IMG/VR virus record: IMGVR_UViG_2896054739_000007
Span: 1 to 64,000 of that record
Source: a virus
Taxonomy: Duplodnaviria; Caudoviricetes
DNA: 64,000 nucleotides
Direction: 5' to 3' (one strand)
A program made the position numbers and the translations under genes. This document shows positions 31,077 to 43,710 of the stretch, in pieces. Numbering within the stretch: position 1 is the stretch's first letter; each line of letters begins with the position of its first letter. The notes beneath the pieces were generated by a model, which was given only the letters and a program-made list of their open reading frames with translations, made no database searches and was not told where the DNA came from.

Positions 31077-33713
31077 TAGTTAGTTTTATACCTTACCTTT
31101 CCACACTTTTTACATTCACAATGATATAACTTAGCCATTCCTCCGTTAATCATGTGAAGATAAGTATATGTATAATCATGTTTACAAAATAGTCTTTTTA
31201 AAAATTTCTTCATAAGATAACTTTCCCTTCTTAATCTCAATTTCTATTTCATATTCAACACATTCCGTATAATTAGGACAATCTGTACATTGAATACAAT
31301 TACAACTTTTTGCTGGTTTCATATAGTCATCTCCTTCTTTCAATGAAATTTCGGTTTTATTCTGCTATTAAGTTTCCATTTTTATCTTTATAGATTTTCA
31401 TGTCATCTCTCCAAAGACCTTTTTCTCTAAGGTATTGTGCAAACTCTAATACCTCATCTAATTGTTCTTTGAGATCTTCTGGCCATAAGTCCATATTTCT
31501 TTCAATTATACCTTTCATTATAATCATCATATTCCGTAAATGTTACTGTATCAACATTAGTTTCAAGGACTTGTCCCAATACAAATAATGCTTCATCTAC
31601 TAATACTTTATCTGGCTTCTTCTTTGACTTTGTATTAATATAATCTCTAACATATTCTGAAGCGGTAATCGGGTCAGGAATAGAAATGTCTAATCTGTTT
31701 GCAGTATCTTTAATTGTTTTTGCATGAATTTGATTCATACACAATATAGGAGTGCGTGTTATATGACTTCTATATACAAGATATGTAGTTTTTCCACGAC
31801 CTCTTGGTAAATTACATACTTCCATTTACATATTCTCCTTCCAATATTTCTTGATTATTTTAATTGCCTTTTGGAGTCCATAATTTTCTCCGATTTCATA
31901 TTTCCACTTATTTTCATATCCCTCAGTACCACCAACCAAAACATTATTACCTTTTTCATCAATATTCATTTCTCCAAGCAGATCAGAAATAATCATATTA
32001 ATTTGGTCATAACATAAACCATTTAGCATGAATGGAAGCCTTACCATATCATCATTAATGAAAAAATACTTTTTTATGTCTGTGTTCCGTGTTCTCAAAA
32101 CATATTCACATACTACTTCATCCATATCCAATAATTCATCTTGTGAAATTGGATATTTTTCAATTAGTTTATTAAATTTTTTACCTGTTTCAATGTGATA
32201 CTTATCTTCTTCTGATAATCTGTTATAATAATCAAGCTGTTTGTTCAAAACTTCAATTTCTTTACTTATACATTCTCCAAGTAATTTGAATAAATTTATA
32301 TTTTTCACCTCACTTCAAACCTTGAAATCGTGCTTTCAATGCCTCTATAATTTATTGGCTTTTATGCGACTCCATAATCTTTTAATACGGGGGCTTCATT
32401 CTTAATTTCATGTAATACAACCGTAATCATTCCATCCTCAATATGTACCTCATAACCATCATAAATATTGGTATCAATAAACAGATGAATATTTATATCA
32501 TTTTCAAATCCCAAATCTGGCATTTCATATTTACCAATAACATTTAAGTAAGTCTGTTTTGTCCTGTTCACAAACTCGGTAGAATATGTAATCAAGTCCT
32601 TTGGTATACCCCATGCCTCGTAAAGCATTACTTTATCACCATTTAATTCCTTCTCCACTACTGGTCTGTCATAATCGTTTTCATAAAACATACACTTATA
32701 CTCCTTTTCAAAAATATTTTCATCATAATTGACACTTCTAATACTATAACCACAAGAAACTGCATCTAACATTTCTTTAAATTGTTTCATCGTCTTCCCA
32801 CTTCCTCTTGCGGAAGTAACAAATAAAATTGGTCTATATTTTGCTGACTCAATCACATCATCTTTTGTAATATCACAAAAATACATTCTGTCTGTTGGAT
32901 CGTCATTATTATCGTATCTATTTTCTACAAATAGAGATTTTAGACACGGAAGAATAACTGTATTTACAACTTCTTTGTTCACTATCGAATCAACAATCAT
33001 TCCATTAAATCTATTCCCTCTTGCTGTGCTACTTGCTCTAACAACTTTTATGAGATTACCATTAGGAAATCTTACACTAGATTCACATTGATTATTTCTT
33101 ATTTCTGTTTTCTTTTGATCCCAAATCAAATTTGAAATAACATTTATTACAATATCACTTTTAGCTTTTGATGTTACCCAAACTCCACACTTATAATTTT
33201 CATTTGTGTTACAAAATTCTATTTGCTTTTTTAGTGCTTCAATTAAGTTTATTTTTATCACTCCTCTTTTATTTATATTCTCCATTCATCCGCTGTTCTA
33301 ATATCTTTGCCTCTCTCCTTAATCCTCTATCAATTTTCAGCAAACTGTTAGTATATTTCACCCATTCTTCTGCTTCTATCTTTTGAATATGATCTGACAC
33401 TTCTCTATGTATCATATCTTGCATTTTTAAATAATCTTGTAGAGATTTAGGTATTCTAATATATTTACTGTAACTTCCAGATTCTAAGACTCGTTTTATA
33501 TCTTCTCCAATATTATGTTCGTGTCCATCAGTTTCAAATAATTCTTGAAGTTCTTTTTGCTTAAAATCTGTAAACGTTTTATCAATACATTTGCCCATTT
33601 CTTCAAGTAAAGAATCATGTATTTCTTTTTCATGTTCTTTGAAGAATTGAAAAAGTTCATATTTTTGTTTTGGAATTATTGATTATCACCTCCCACCAAA
33701 TGAAACCAAGATT

Positions 33714-34406
33714 TTATTGAACTAAAATACTATTCAATTTACTATCCGCTATATCAAAATACTCTTTGTCAATTTCATACCCCAGATATTTTCTATCTAA
33801 TTCTTTTGCAGCTACTAACGTAGAGCCTGTACCACAAAAAGGATCAAATACAATATCTCCTTCTCTACTCGAATTACTAATATAGAATTTCAATAGATCT
33901 ACAGGTTTTTCACATGGGTGAGTTTTGTTACCAATGATATTATCAAATTGATGAACTGTCTTACTTCCACCTATATCATTAATCCATTTTGCTTTTCCTT
34001 TTCTAAGAAATAATATATACTCACAATTCTTCATATAAAATTGTGAACACACACAATTATTCTTTTCCCAACATAAAAGATTATGTAATTTAAAACCTGC
34101 TTTCTGTGATTCATTCAACATTTCAGTCAAGTTTAGAACATTTGTAAATATATAAGCATGACTTCCATATTTCAAAATTCTATATACTTCTGGCATCCAA
34201 TCATATATATTTACATTTTGATGTGCGAATAATGTACCAGAATTTCTTTTTAATATACCTTTTGGACGCTTTGTGCGTTTTCCATCTTTACATCCACCAG
34301 AGATTGTCTTATAGGGAGGATCGGTAACTAACAAATCTATACATTCAGATTCCATATTTTTCATTGCCTTAATAGAATCTATATTGAAAATTTTGTTTAT
34401 TTCTAT
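33714..34406 (-). CDS. N4/N6 DNA methyltransferase (beta class); probable ATA start
   Basis: TDPPY, HPCEKP, DPFCGTGST, GYEID; family-typical EINKIFNID lies upstream of the first ATG (34364). Confidence 0.9.
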   Translation of the reverse strand: MEINKIFNIDSIKAMKNMESECIDLLVTDPPYKTISGGCKDGKRTKRPKGILKRNSGTLFAHQNVNIYDWMPEVYRILKYGSHAYIFTNVLNLTEMLNESQKAGFKLHNLLCWEKNNCVCSQFYMKNCEYILFLRKGKAKWINDIGGSKTVHQFDNIIGNKTHPCEKPVDLLKFYISNSSREGDIVFDPFCGTGSTLVAAKELDRKYLGYEIDKEYFDIADSKLNSILVQ

Positions 34407-34471
34407 TTTTTCTTCACCAGAAAGTCCATATGGTTCACAGTAGCTACACTTTGTTTTTCCTTTCTGATTTT

Positions 34472-35212
34472 TTATATCAAATAATTTCTATCGTTGTGAA
34501 TATCAAACTCATATCTCAACAAAGCATCATGTACTTTTTGCGGAATTATACTCTTATATTCATTCGCTATCTTTACTATTTCTTCTTCCTTTTTCTGCGA
34601 ATATACTTTGTACGCTTTTTCGATTGTGTCAAACGAACCTAAATCTTTACCAGAATATCGTGCTGAGTATCCTTTATTAAGTTTATCAATACCATTAGGT
34701 AAATTTCTTTGATTTGGTTTATTTACAAAAAGCATATTGATTCTTTGAGGAACTAACAGACATTTATTTGGCTCATAGATTTTGTTTCCTGGATATAAAA
34801 TATCTTTATCTAAATGTAACCTCCCTTTTACTTCGTATTTATTATTTTCATACCATTCTGCAAAATTTTGATAACATAACCATTCTTCACATACTGTACT
34901 CTCTTTATAATAAACAGTTGATTCATCACAATAACATCTATATAGCATCGTAACCCATGTATTATAAGCATCCGTATGTCTTTGTGGAGATTTCTTAGTT
35001 TTATATTTTCCTTCCCCAATATACCCAATGCCGTTTACTGTAATATCATATGGATTGCTGACTTGTCCTCTTTTGAAATTTGAATAAGTTGTATTTGTTA
35101 TATAATGATGTTGGTCTAAAAATTCAACTTGCATATTATCATGTGAATGATATACAAGAATCATCATATCAGTTCCTTTATTATTCTTACGAATTTCACC
35201 AGTTCTATCTAT
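34472..35212 (-). CDS. HNH-like phage endonuclease with C-terminal AP2-like region
   Basis: W..ML.RCY, VCEEW..YQNFAEW, LDKDIL, C.LVPQRIN, LPNGI, LG.F.T.E.A. Confidence 0.72.
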   Translation of the reverse strand: MDRTGEIRKNNKGTDMMILVYHSHDNMQVEFLDQHHYITNTTYSNFKRGQVSNPYDITVNGIGYIGEGKYKTKKSPQRHTDAYNTWVTMLYRCYCDESTVYYKESTVCEEWLCYQNFAEWYENNKYEVKGRLHLDKDILYPGNKIYEPNKCLLVPQRINMLFVNKPNQRNLPNGIDKLNKGYSARYSGKDLGSFDTIEKAYKVYSQKKEEEIVKIANEYKSIIPQKVHDALLRYEFDIHNDRNYLI

Positions 35213-36082
35213 ATTTTCACCTCCATATGCCAAGGAAATTAACCTTTCAAGGCAACATTTTCTTATAGAAATGATTATCTCTATATACTCTTTTCTTTAA
35301 AATTTTAAGAATACTTATCAAATTTTCTAACCCATCAACATTGTCAAAAACAATTTCTCCAATAGGCACGCCAACATCATTTTCTATTTTTTCTCCTAAT
35401 CTTCCAACTGTATCTAATTGAGAAAAGATGAGACTGACTTTATCAAGCTCTGGATCAACTGTTTGTGTTATAGCAATATCTCCATTTCCTAAATAAATAA
35501 TTGGAATTTCTTTTTTATTTGACATATTTCACTTCTCCAATCCAAACAACATCTTACAGTCATTTTCATTATTCTCTATAATATCCATAAGTGTATGGCT
35601 ACAATAACTGCCATTCAGATAATACTTTTGATAATCATGTTTGATCCTCTCAAAAGTCCAATCATAATTGTGACAATCTATGTAACACTGTAAACGCTGC
35701 CAAGCATATTCTTCAACTATACACCTATCACAATTTTTGTGTTCTTCATTACAGTAATCACCGATAAGAGGACATACCTTTTCTTTTCTGGTATATTCGT
35801 TATCCATCTTTTCTTTCCTTGAACTTTTTGACAATTTGAGGAATACATCCGTAAAATCCCCAACATGTTTGAACCTTTTCAACTTCTTTAACTTCATAAT
35901 CGTTAGCAATACCATTAAACTCCAACCATGAAACAATAGATGATATTAAATTTTCTTCATTCATATTATAACTGCCACCCCCATCAGAACCATGTACAAT
36001 GGCTTCTACAATTATTCTATTAATTATTTCAATTTCTTTTTCTAACATAATTTTCCTCCCTTGAAACTCTGGTTTTAAGTCC

Positions 36083-36829
36083 TTACTCTAACCACTTATT
36101 ATCCAAATAATAAAACCCAAACACACAGCCGCCGATTAACACAATCCAGAATATCCAGAATATGATTAATCCTCCACCGGCTTCTAAATACTCGACTGTT
36201 TCATTTATATTTTTGTCAATATAAAACTTTGTATTATCCGAAATTGTTTGATTTCTTAAATCTGTAAAGATTGTTCCTGTGTATTTTGTTCCTATTCCAT
36301 AATATTTGTACCTGATATGACTTGATTCTTTGATGGTGTCAATATAATTTGTGTTTGGCAAATCAATCTTATTGCTACCAAAAGTAATTCCACAAAAGGA
36401 TATTTCTTGGCATTTCTTATCCTCGCTACCTACTCTATCCCAAGTCCAATAAACTTTTGTACGATAGTGTTTTCCTGACTTTACTCGTTTAGTATGTCTT
36501 GTATATTTCTCTTTTACTTTTTCAACATATATGTACTCGCCGCCAATCTCTGGATAAGTAACTGTATCAACAGCCACTAAATCGCCATACACAAAGGCAT
36601 TTCCAACATTCGTGTCCATGCCATACTGAAATAAATCTGTATTATCTATTTTTACTGCCTTGTTATAAACCTCATTTGCGTCTAGTTGGTGTTCTGAAAT
36701 CTTGCTAGAAATCAGAACACCAATTAGTAACATTACAGCCACAATAGAAATACTTGCTAAAATTTCTCTCTTGGTAATTTCAAAATCACCAAAATCAAAT
36801 CCATTCTTTCTATAACTGTATCTACTCAT
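36083..36829 (-). CDS. Membrane protein partnered with LemA
   Basis: N- and C-terminal hydrophobic helices; directly follows lemA. Confidence 0.65.
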   Translation of the reverse strand: MSRYSYRKNGFDFGDFEITKREILASISIVAVMLLIGVLISSKISEHQLDANEVYNKAVKIDNTDLFQYGMDTNVGNAFVYGDLVAVDTVTYPEIGGEYIYVEKVKEKYTRHTKRVKSGKHYRTKVYWTWDRVGSEDKKCQEISFCGITFGSNKIDLPNTNYIDTIKESSHIRYKYYGIGTKYTGTIFTDLRNQTISDNTKFYIDKNINETVEYLEAGGGLIIFWIFWIVLIGGCVFGFYYLDNKWLE

Positions 36830-36831
36830 AT

Positions 36832-37383
36832 TTATTCTCCAAACAAATTCTGAGGTGCTGTCTCAGGTGCGTCATAATCCAAATATGTATAATCCTGCGC
36901 TTCATAACCAAGCATATTTAAAAATATTCTTGTTGGAAACTTGCGAACATATCTGCTGTACTCTTTTACCTGTTTATTATAATTACTTCTATATTCCGCA
37001 ATCAGATTTTCAGTCATTACCAATTCATTCATAAGCTGCTTATAGTTTTCATTTGACTTCAGCTCTGGATATGCTTCTGAAACTGCTGTAATGGCTGTTG
37101 TCACATTTTCAATATCACCTGCTGATCCACGCCCCTCAGCGATAGCTGTGAGAGTTTCAAATTCATGTTTGTCATATTGCTTCACGCAATCAGCAAGGTT
37201 ATACACCAAATCTACTCTTCTTTTCTCCTGAACTTTAATATCTGATTGTGCTGTGTTTACCTGTTCTTCCAAAGCAAACGCTCTATTCTGAGAACTCTGT
37301 ACACCAAATACACAAAGTAGGATAACAGCTACAATACCTACTCCAATGATTAACGGTAACTTCCAATTTGTTTTCTTGTTCAT
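36832..37383 (-). CDS. lemA: LemA family protein
   Basis: N-terminal TM helix, RR.DLV.NL, EAYPELKSNENY, YN..V..Y...FP. Confidence 0.9.
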   Translation of the reverse strand: MNKKTNWKLPLIIGVGIVAVILLCVFGVQSSQNRAFALEEQVNTAQSDIKVQEKRRVDLVYNLADCVKQYDKHEFETLTAIAEGRGSAGDIENVTTAITAVSEAYPELKSNENYKQLMNELVMTENLIAEYRSNYNKQVKEYSRYVRKFPTRIFLNMLGYEAQDYTYLDYDAPETAPQNLFGE

Positions 37384-37581
37384 AATTTTCTTTCTCCTTT
37401 TAATTTTATTTTTTATCTGATTGAGTAATCAGAATTTTATTGATTTCTTAACGGCAAAATATTATTGACAAACATTTCCATTTTTGTTACAATATTTTCA
37501 AATAAACGATAGATTAAGACTTAAGACTATTAACGTACAAAAGATAAACATACATCGCCAAAATGAAAGGGGTACAGCCGT

Positions 37582-37740
37582 ATGATTTATTTTTGTGTAA
37601 CTTTAATAGTTTTTTTATTTTTCCTTTGCTTTGTAATTTACAAAAAGAAAAACGATAATCTTGATCTTAACCTGAAAATTAATTTTCTACATATTTTACA
37701 GATTGAATTGGGTTGTAAATCTTCCAAAAAGAAAAAGTAA
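37582..37740 (+). CDS. 52-aa hydrophobic protein with basic tail (type I toxin-like; not in ORF track)
   Basis: AAAGGGG SD; MIYFCVTLIVFLFFLCFVIYKKKND...SSKKKK. Confidence 0.6.
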   Translation: MIYFCVTLIVFLFFLCFVIYKKKNDNLDLNLKINFLHILQIELGCKSSKKKK

Positions 37741-38433
37741 TAACGTGCCAATGAAAGCAAAATTTCAACAAATCGTCCTTAAATAATTTTGATAATCTTC
37801 CTTTGTATATTCATATTTATTTGCTATGTTTACACATTTTTCTGTTTTCCAAGGTTCACATCCTTCATCTTCTAATGTAGAAAACCAATATCCAATTAAA
37901 TCTTTAATATCACTATACATCTCATTAATTCTATTCTTTATACTTTCTGCTTCATGAAAACTAAATTTTCTAACAGCAACTAATGAATTTAAATAATCCC
38001 ATGCTACTTGAAAATCATCCCTGCTTTCTTTATAAAAATAACACTCACCATACTTATCTGTAGCCGATTCTGCTGGAATATCAAAATTAGTATGATTATC
38101 ACTATCTATATGATGATGTCCACAATCGCCTGTATAATTTTTACATGTTTTACAATTCATAAATCCTCCAATTTTCCCAATGAAAGAGTTGTTTTCTGGC
38201 ATCAATCTAACACTGGTTTACATGTATCTGACCATCTTTTATCTTTATGTTTTTCTATGAATTTTTCACACTCATCCCAATCTTTATGTAACGAAAAAAG
38301 TATTTTCCACAATATTTACATTTTAATTCTATTTCTAAAAAACGGATATCATTATCGTTATATCCGTGAGTCCAATGCCAGCAAACCACCTCACTATTTT
38401 TATGTCTGCAAAACAAATCCATAATCCTTTTAA

Positions 38434-38811
38434 TCATTTTCTTCTCCATTCCTCACACTGAAATCCGTTCTGATTTAACCACTCAGCTACCAAATATCTG
38501 TGACAAAAATCTGATGGTTTCTCATAACAAATCAGTGCAATGTCTTTGCCATTTACATTCGGAACTAAATAATTTAATTCCTTAATTACAGTGGCAGCAT
38601 CTAAAACATCCAGAACCTCAACTTTAAAACGCTCTATATAATAGTCATTATCATGATTCTTTTTCCATTCCATGAAGAATCCATACTTTGGAGCCAACTT
38701 TTTATACTGTAATCCCTTATACCAGTCAGGTGCTTTACCACAGATTGAGATTGGTATAATGTTATGATTTTCTAACTCTTTTAGCTTTGCAAAATAACTC
38801 GTGTATATCAT
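38434..38811 (-). CDS. DUF488-family protein
   Basis: IYTSYF, KKLAP, ALICYEKP..CHR..VAEWL. Confidence 0.8.
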   Translation of the reverse strand: MIYTSYFAKLKELENHNIIPISICGKAPDWYKGLQYKKLAPKYGFFMEWKKNHDNDYYIERFKVEVLDVLDAATVIKELNYLVPNVNGKDIALICYEKPSDFCHRYLVAEWLNQNGFQCEEWRRK

Positions 38812-39578
38812 TTACTATTCATTTCATCCCCCACATAATTTTTATCATGAACAATAGATACTTCATATTTCAACAGTGCTTGATACACTTCGTCTGGAAT
38901 AATCTCTTTGTACTCATTTGCAATATTTATAATATCTTTTTTCTTTTTACTGGCGTATACGGAATATGCTTCCTCAACAGAGTTATATACTCCTAATTCC
39001 ATTTGATTATACTTTGCCAAATATCCACAAGAATTTTTTCTAATTCCATTTGGAAGACCACGTTTATTTGGTTTATTTAAGAAAAGCATATTAATTCGTT
39101 GTGGAACTAATAAACATTTTTCTGGTGCATAAACAGTATTCCCAGGACATTTTATATCTTTGTCTAAGTGTAGTCTCCCATCACATTCATATTCTCTTTC
39201 CTTATACCAATCTGCAAATAGCTGATAATTTAACCATTCATTACATACAGTACATTTATCATAATATGAAGGATGAAGTTCCTGATTTTTGTCGTAGTAA
39301 CACCTTTCGATCATGTGCATCCAACATAAATAAACTCTTGAAAATTTACCATTATGTTTAACTTTCCACTTACCATCACCAATATAACCAATACCAAATA
39401 CAGATCTATCATATGGATTTTTAATAGTACCTTTTACAAAATTTGAATATGCACTATGCCTTTTCACATAATGAAAATCATCTAAAAATTCCACATCCAT
39501 GTCATTTCGTTTACGATAAGCGATAATTTTCATTTTTGTTCCCTGGTTATTGATTCTTATTTCTCCTAATCTATCCGT
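38808..39578 (-). CDS. HNH-like endonuclease, paralogue of 34472-35212; probable ACG start
   Basis: Same motifs (GRLHLDKDI, KCLLVPQRINMLF, LPNGI). Confidence 0.72.
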   Translation of the reverse strand, partial: TDRLGEIRINNQGTKMKIIAYRKRNDMDVEFLDDFHYVKRHSAYSNFVKGTIKNPYDRSVFGIGYIGDGKWKVKHNGKFSRVYLCWMHMIERCYYDKNQELHPSYYDKCTVCNEWLNYQLFADWYKEREYECDGRLHLDKDIKCPGNTVYAPEKCLLVPQRINMLFLNKPNKRGLPNGIRKNSCGYLAKYNQMELGVYNSVEEAYSVYASKKKKDIINIANEYKEIIPDEVYQALLKYEVSIVHDKNYVGDEMNSK

Positions 39579-40369
39579 TTTATCACCTCTTTCTAAATGG
39601 CAAGGAAATGAAAAATTCATTCGTACTTATTCTTAAATCCTGATGAATACTCTGCTTCATCATCTTGATATACTGTGATTTCTCTATCACTCATTCCTAC
39701 ATACTCAAGTTCATACTTTTTAATATAAGCATCCATTGACTTAGGTTTCATCTCACCCCAAGAAGGATATGGAAATGTTGTTTTATCTCTAAAATCCATT
39801 CGCCCATATTCTCTTGGATCATAATCATAACCTTTTCTTCTACATACGAATTTGTCAAACTCAATACCATTCGCTCTATGCCAGTCAATAATCGAATATG
39901 TATTGAACTCATAAGAATTTTCAGCCATACGATTATAACTAACATAATCGATTATAATGTCTGCCCAGGGGTATTTCTTACTTCTGAAGATCATTCCTGT
40001 TTTATATTTCTCTTTGTATTTTTTTATTACAATGCTAACCTTTTTGTCTGTATAAAATATCATTCATATTAATTCCAACAGATTTTTTACTCCACTTTTT
40101 ACAATCAATATGAGTCCTGATAAATACGTTAGCCCTACTTTCAATATCTAAAATATCTTTTACTGCTTTCATACACTCTTCTTTGTACATACACACGTCT
40201 TCTTTATCACAGTTCTCACAAATTTTTTCACCAGTGTTTTTAATATTTGGCATTGGAATATTGCAGTTTGTTTGTGGTAATTTACTATTACTTTCATAAG
40301 TTCTTGATACTTTCTGCATATCATACTCAGATGCAACACCGTTAATAATACTACTCATTCTATTTCTCC

Positions 40370-41143
40370 TCACAAAACAATATTGTTCCATTTCTTGTTC
40401 TTTTCATATTTCCACTGAATATTTCCAAAACTGATTCTCGTTTCAATTTCTTCTACATTTTTCATAGAAAGTAACCATTCACGATACGCATTCACTTCCT
40501 CATCTGTAGCATCCTGAAATACTTTCCAATGATTAAGAGTTTTGTCAATCTCCTCTACTGCCCATTCATAATCAGACAATGTAGCTTGTCTTCTAAATTC
40601 TGCAAGATACTCTTCTACTTCAGCCTTTGCCTCTTGATATGTAAAATACACTTTATCTGGCCTGATGCTCACATGAGTTATATGATGTTGCCACATAGGG
40701 TATTTCTTAATGATGCGAAATCCTTCTTTGGTAATATCAGTTTCAATATTTCCATGAAAAATCTTATTGGATTTAACAAGCAAACCTGATTCATATGCTT
40801 TCTTAATTGACTCTGGATCATCTATTCGCACACATAATTCTTTAAATAATTTTTCATCTTCAGAATCAGTTTTCCATTCCAAATCAAACAATTTTGTATT
40901 ATGTGTCCAGCCTTTAGGAAGTTTTCTATATTTTTGGTTATCCTTAAATTCATCAATTGGAACTCCATTTATATATCTTGTTTCTTTTGGTTCCAATAGA
41001 TCTATACATACAGCATCAGAAAATTGTTCGTCTACTCTGCCATATTGAACACTATATTCATTTCTACTTTTATTACACCAATAAACAATATCTCCATGTT
41101 TAAATCTTTTTCCAAAACCTTTTTTGATATTTATCACCACCAT
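40370..41143 (-). CDS. Hypothetical phage protein
   Basis: 257-aa ORF; start uncertain. Confidence 0.6.
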   Translation of the reverse strand: MVVINIKKGFGKRFKHGDIVYWCNKSRNEYSVQYGRVDEQFSDAVCIDLLEPKETRYINGVPIDEFKDNQKYRKLPKGWTHNTKLFDLEWKTDSEDEKLFKELCVRIDDPESIKKAYESGLLVKSNKIFHGNIETDITKEGFRIIKKYPMWQHHITHVSIRPDKVYFTYQEAKAEVEEYLAEFRRQATLSDYEWAVEEIDKTLNHWKVFQDATDEEVNAYREWLLSMKNVEEIETRISFGNIQWKYEKNKKWNNIVL

Positions 41144-41278
41144 TCCTTTTTTTAGTGTAATTCTCCCCTCGTTATATACAAGGAAGTATCTACACTACTG
41201 CTTGTCATAAACATCATTCCTATCATCTATAGGAAATCGTTAGAATTGTTAAGGTGATTATCTGCCGAATGGAAGAAA

Positions 41279-41869
41279 TCAATTATGAGCTGGTAAATCT
41301 ATTAAATCTTTATTATTTAATATCCAAATCGCTCTTCTCATATGTTTTCTCTTTAATCCTCTATTTTTAAACCAAGGACACATAATCAGTTTTCCTTTTT
41401 TCACCGATGACGTTTGTACTAAGTGTGTGTCTTTAAAACACTCTAAATCAAAGCACTCATCATCAAGAATTACAAAGTTATCTACTTCGTTTTGGTGTTT
41501 TGATAGCCAAGATAATATTTCTTTATCACGCCTACCATCGGATGATTTTGGTGTAATATCAATAACTTCAATATTGTATTTATTTAGCAAATCTGTTAGC
41601 AACTTCTGATCATCTGTTTTCTCTTCATATGGTACATTCCAAAATCCACCACGCCAACTACTTGACATTACAACTTTTGAATCTGTTGCAGCCACAATCT
41701 TAGATAAGTACTTAATCTTTTCTTTATGAATGGTAAATGAATTTCTTATATGTTTTCTATACCAATCTTGTATGTGCAACAAACAAGACACATTCCAGCC
41801 TAATAAAGACCAAAAATCATACCCATTTAATACACCATCAACATCAAGAAATATAATTTTTTGTTTTAT
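41279..41869 (-). CDS. HAD-family phosphatase (Swiss-Army-knife RNA repair type); ATA start
   Basis: IIFLDVDGVLN lies in frame upstream of the annotated GTG; VVMSSSWR, FVILDD. Confidence 0.85.
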   Translation of the reverse strand: MKQKIIFLDVDGVLNGYDFWSLLGWNVSCLLHIQDWYRKHIRNSFTIHKEKIKYLSKIVAATDSKVVMSSSWRGGFWNVPYEEKTDDQKLLTDLLNKYNIEVIDITPKSSDGRRDKEILSWLSKHQNEVDNFVILDDECFDLECFKDTHLVQTSSVKKGKLIMCPWFKNRGLKRKHMRRAIWILNNKDLIDLPAHN

Positions 41870-41915
41870 AAATCACACCTCCTACCATGAAACCGATGAT
41901 TTAAGTCTATATGTA

Positions 41916-42797
41916 CTATTCCTCTTTTGCAAAATTCAACATTTCATCTTTTGCTCTCTGGTAGAAATTACGGTCAATTTCAAAACCATAAGCACTTCTA
42001 CCAAGTTCATAAGCAGCTCTTAATGTAGTTCCACTTCCGCAACACGGATCAATAACTACATCACCAGGATCAGTAAATATTTCAATCAATCGTTTCAGAA
42101 CTGCTACTGGCTTCTGAGCTGGATGAATCTTAGGTATCTCTTTCCCCTTATCTTTTTCCCACATCATATATGTACTGTTGTTATAATAAGTTCTTCCCCA
42201 TTCATCTTCATTCCCACCATCAAACCAATTAAAAATCATATGTCCTGTACCTGGAATATTCTTGCCATTCTCGTCAATTTGAAGTCCATTTCTGAATTTA
42301 GGCAATTTATCTCTGTATAACAGAAGTGCATACTCAGCGGCTCCTACAACACGCATATTCGCTTTAAGCACCTGTGGACTATAATTCTTACAAAAGATCA
42401 GCGGAATGTAATGAACAAATTCATGCTTCTCTGCTGCTTTGATGAGTGTCTGAATCTGTTCAAATGAGCAAAATACAATCATACAAGGTGAATTACTGCT
42501 CCGACCTCTTGGAACGGGTCTAGTATCATCCTTTTTCAGCATCTTGGAACAAAAATGAAAATACTCATATAGATTAAAATTGAAATCAGAGTTGAACGCT
42601 GCTTTACCAGCTAATTTGCTTTCACCTTTTTTATTGTCTCCTCCGTTGTACCACATCGGATTTGAACCGTAAAAATTATTTCCTACATTATATGGAACAT
42701 CTGCAATAATTAACTGAGCAGGTGGAATTGCATACTTCTTATAATTTTGCATAGAGTCCCTATATAATTCACATTTGATTTTCTTTTGATATTCCAT
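41916..42797 (-). CDS. N4/N6 DNA methyltransferase
   Basis: IADVPY, HPAQKP, DPCCGSGT, GFEID. Confidence 0.88.
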   Translation of the reverse strand: MEYQKKIKCELYRDSMQNYKKYAIPPAQLIIADVPYNVGNNFYGSNPMWYNGGDNKKGESKLAGKAAFNSDFNFNLYEYFHFCSKMLKKDDTRPVPRGRSSNSPCMIVFCSFEQIQTLIKAAEKHEFVHYIPLIFCKNYSPQVLKANMRVVGAAEYALLLYRDKLPKFRNGLQIDENGKNIPGTGHMIFNWFDGGNEDEWGRTYYNNSTYMMWEKDKGKEIPKIHPAQKPVAVLKRLIEIFTDPGDVVIDPCCGSGTTLRAAYELGRSAYGFEIDRNFYQRAKDEMLNFAKEE

Positions 42798-43710
42798 TCT
42801 TATTTAGGAGTAAATCCGGATTTATTCTGCGCAGAAACCTCATTTCCTCCTAATCTTTTTCTTTATTTGCTTTGCATTTGCTTATTTGTTACTTCTACTT
42901 CTCAACTATCAATGAATCGAAATTTTTATTGCTTAATATTCTTCTTCTGGCTCGTCAGGTTCCTCTAGTTCCATTCCTAAAATACAACCAATCTGATATG
43001 CTGCCCAACTTGTTCCAGATTCATATCCATCATTAAAGCAATCATCATAATTTCCCGCTGATCTCTCTGATGTCCACCCAGTAGAATATTGTTTATAATG
43101 ATCTTTCACCCATTCCTCTAATTTCTTTTTGATATTACTATCCATACTCTTTCTCCTTTAATTAAATTTTTTGCTTTGAAATTGGCTTTTCAACTGCTAA
43201 TCTTGATATCCATTTACTAGGACATTTTCATATAATTTTATTGTTTGTTTTGTACCAAAAATCTTCTTATTCAAGTCTTCGATACATTGTCTACAATACT
43301 GTTCATCAATACTTTTTACTTCTTTTTCTAATCCCCTACTTACTAATTCTTCTCTAACAATAGGAACAGAATCAAATGCTTCATTATCTGTATAATATTT
43401 GAGTAGTTCATCATTAGTTATTTCAGAAATAACTTCCTTGCAATTTTCTTCTTCTCCAAAATTCGAACAATGAAAACCACATCCACCATTTATCCCTTGA
43501 CTAAAACATGAATCTCCACCACTCAATATGTAACGATCATATGCATTTCTTTCAGATTGAATCCTCGGTTCTAACTCATGTTTTATTCGAAAATTAGCAC
43601 TATATAATTTATCATCTGTTTTTCTATATTCTCTTTGCAAATCCCCATATTCTTTTTGTAATTTTTCATACTTATATTTCAGATTTTCATATTTTTCTTC
43701 TATGGTGTCA

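Larger units (their letters stand above)
28867..33679 (-). other. Block of hypothetical ORFs (28867-29532, 29641-29877, 29896-30141, 30135-30467, 31502-31825 with P-loop-like PRGRGKT, 31826-32308, 32362-33285, 33269-33679)
   Basis: ORF track and SD sequences. Confidence 0.65.
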
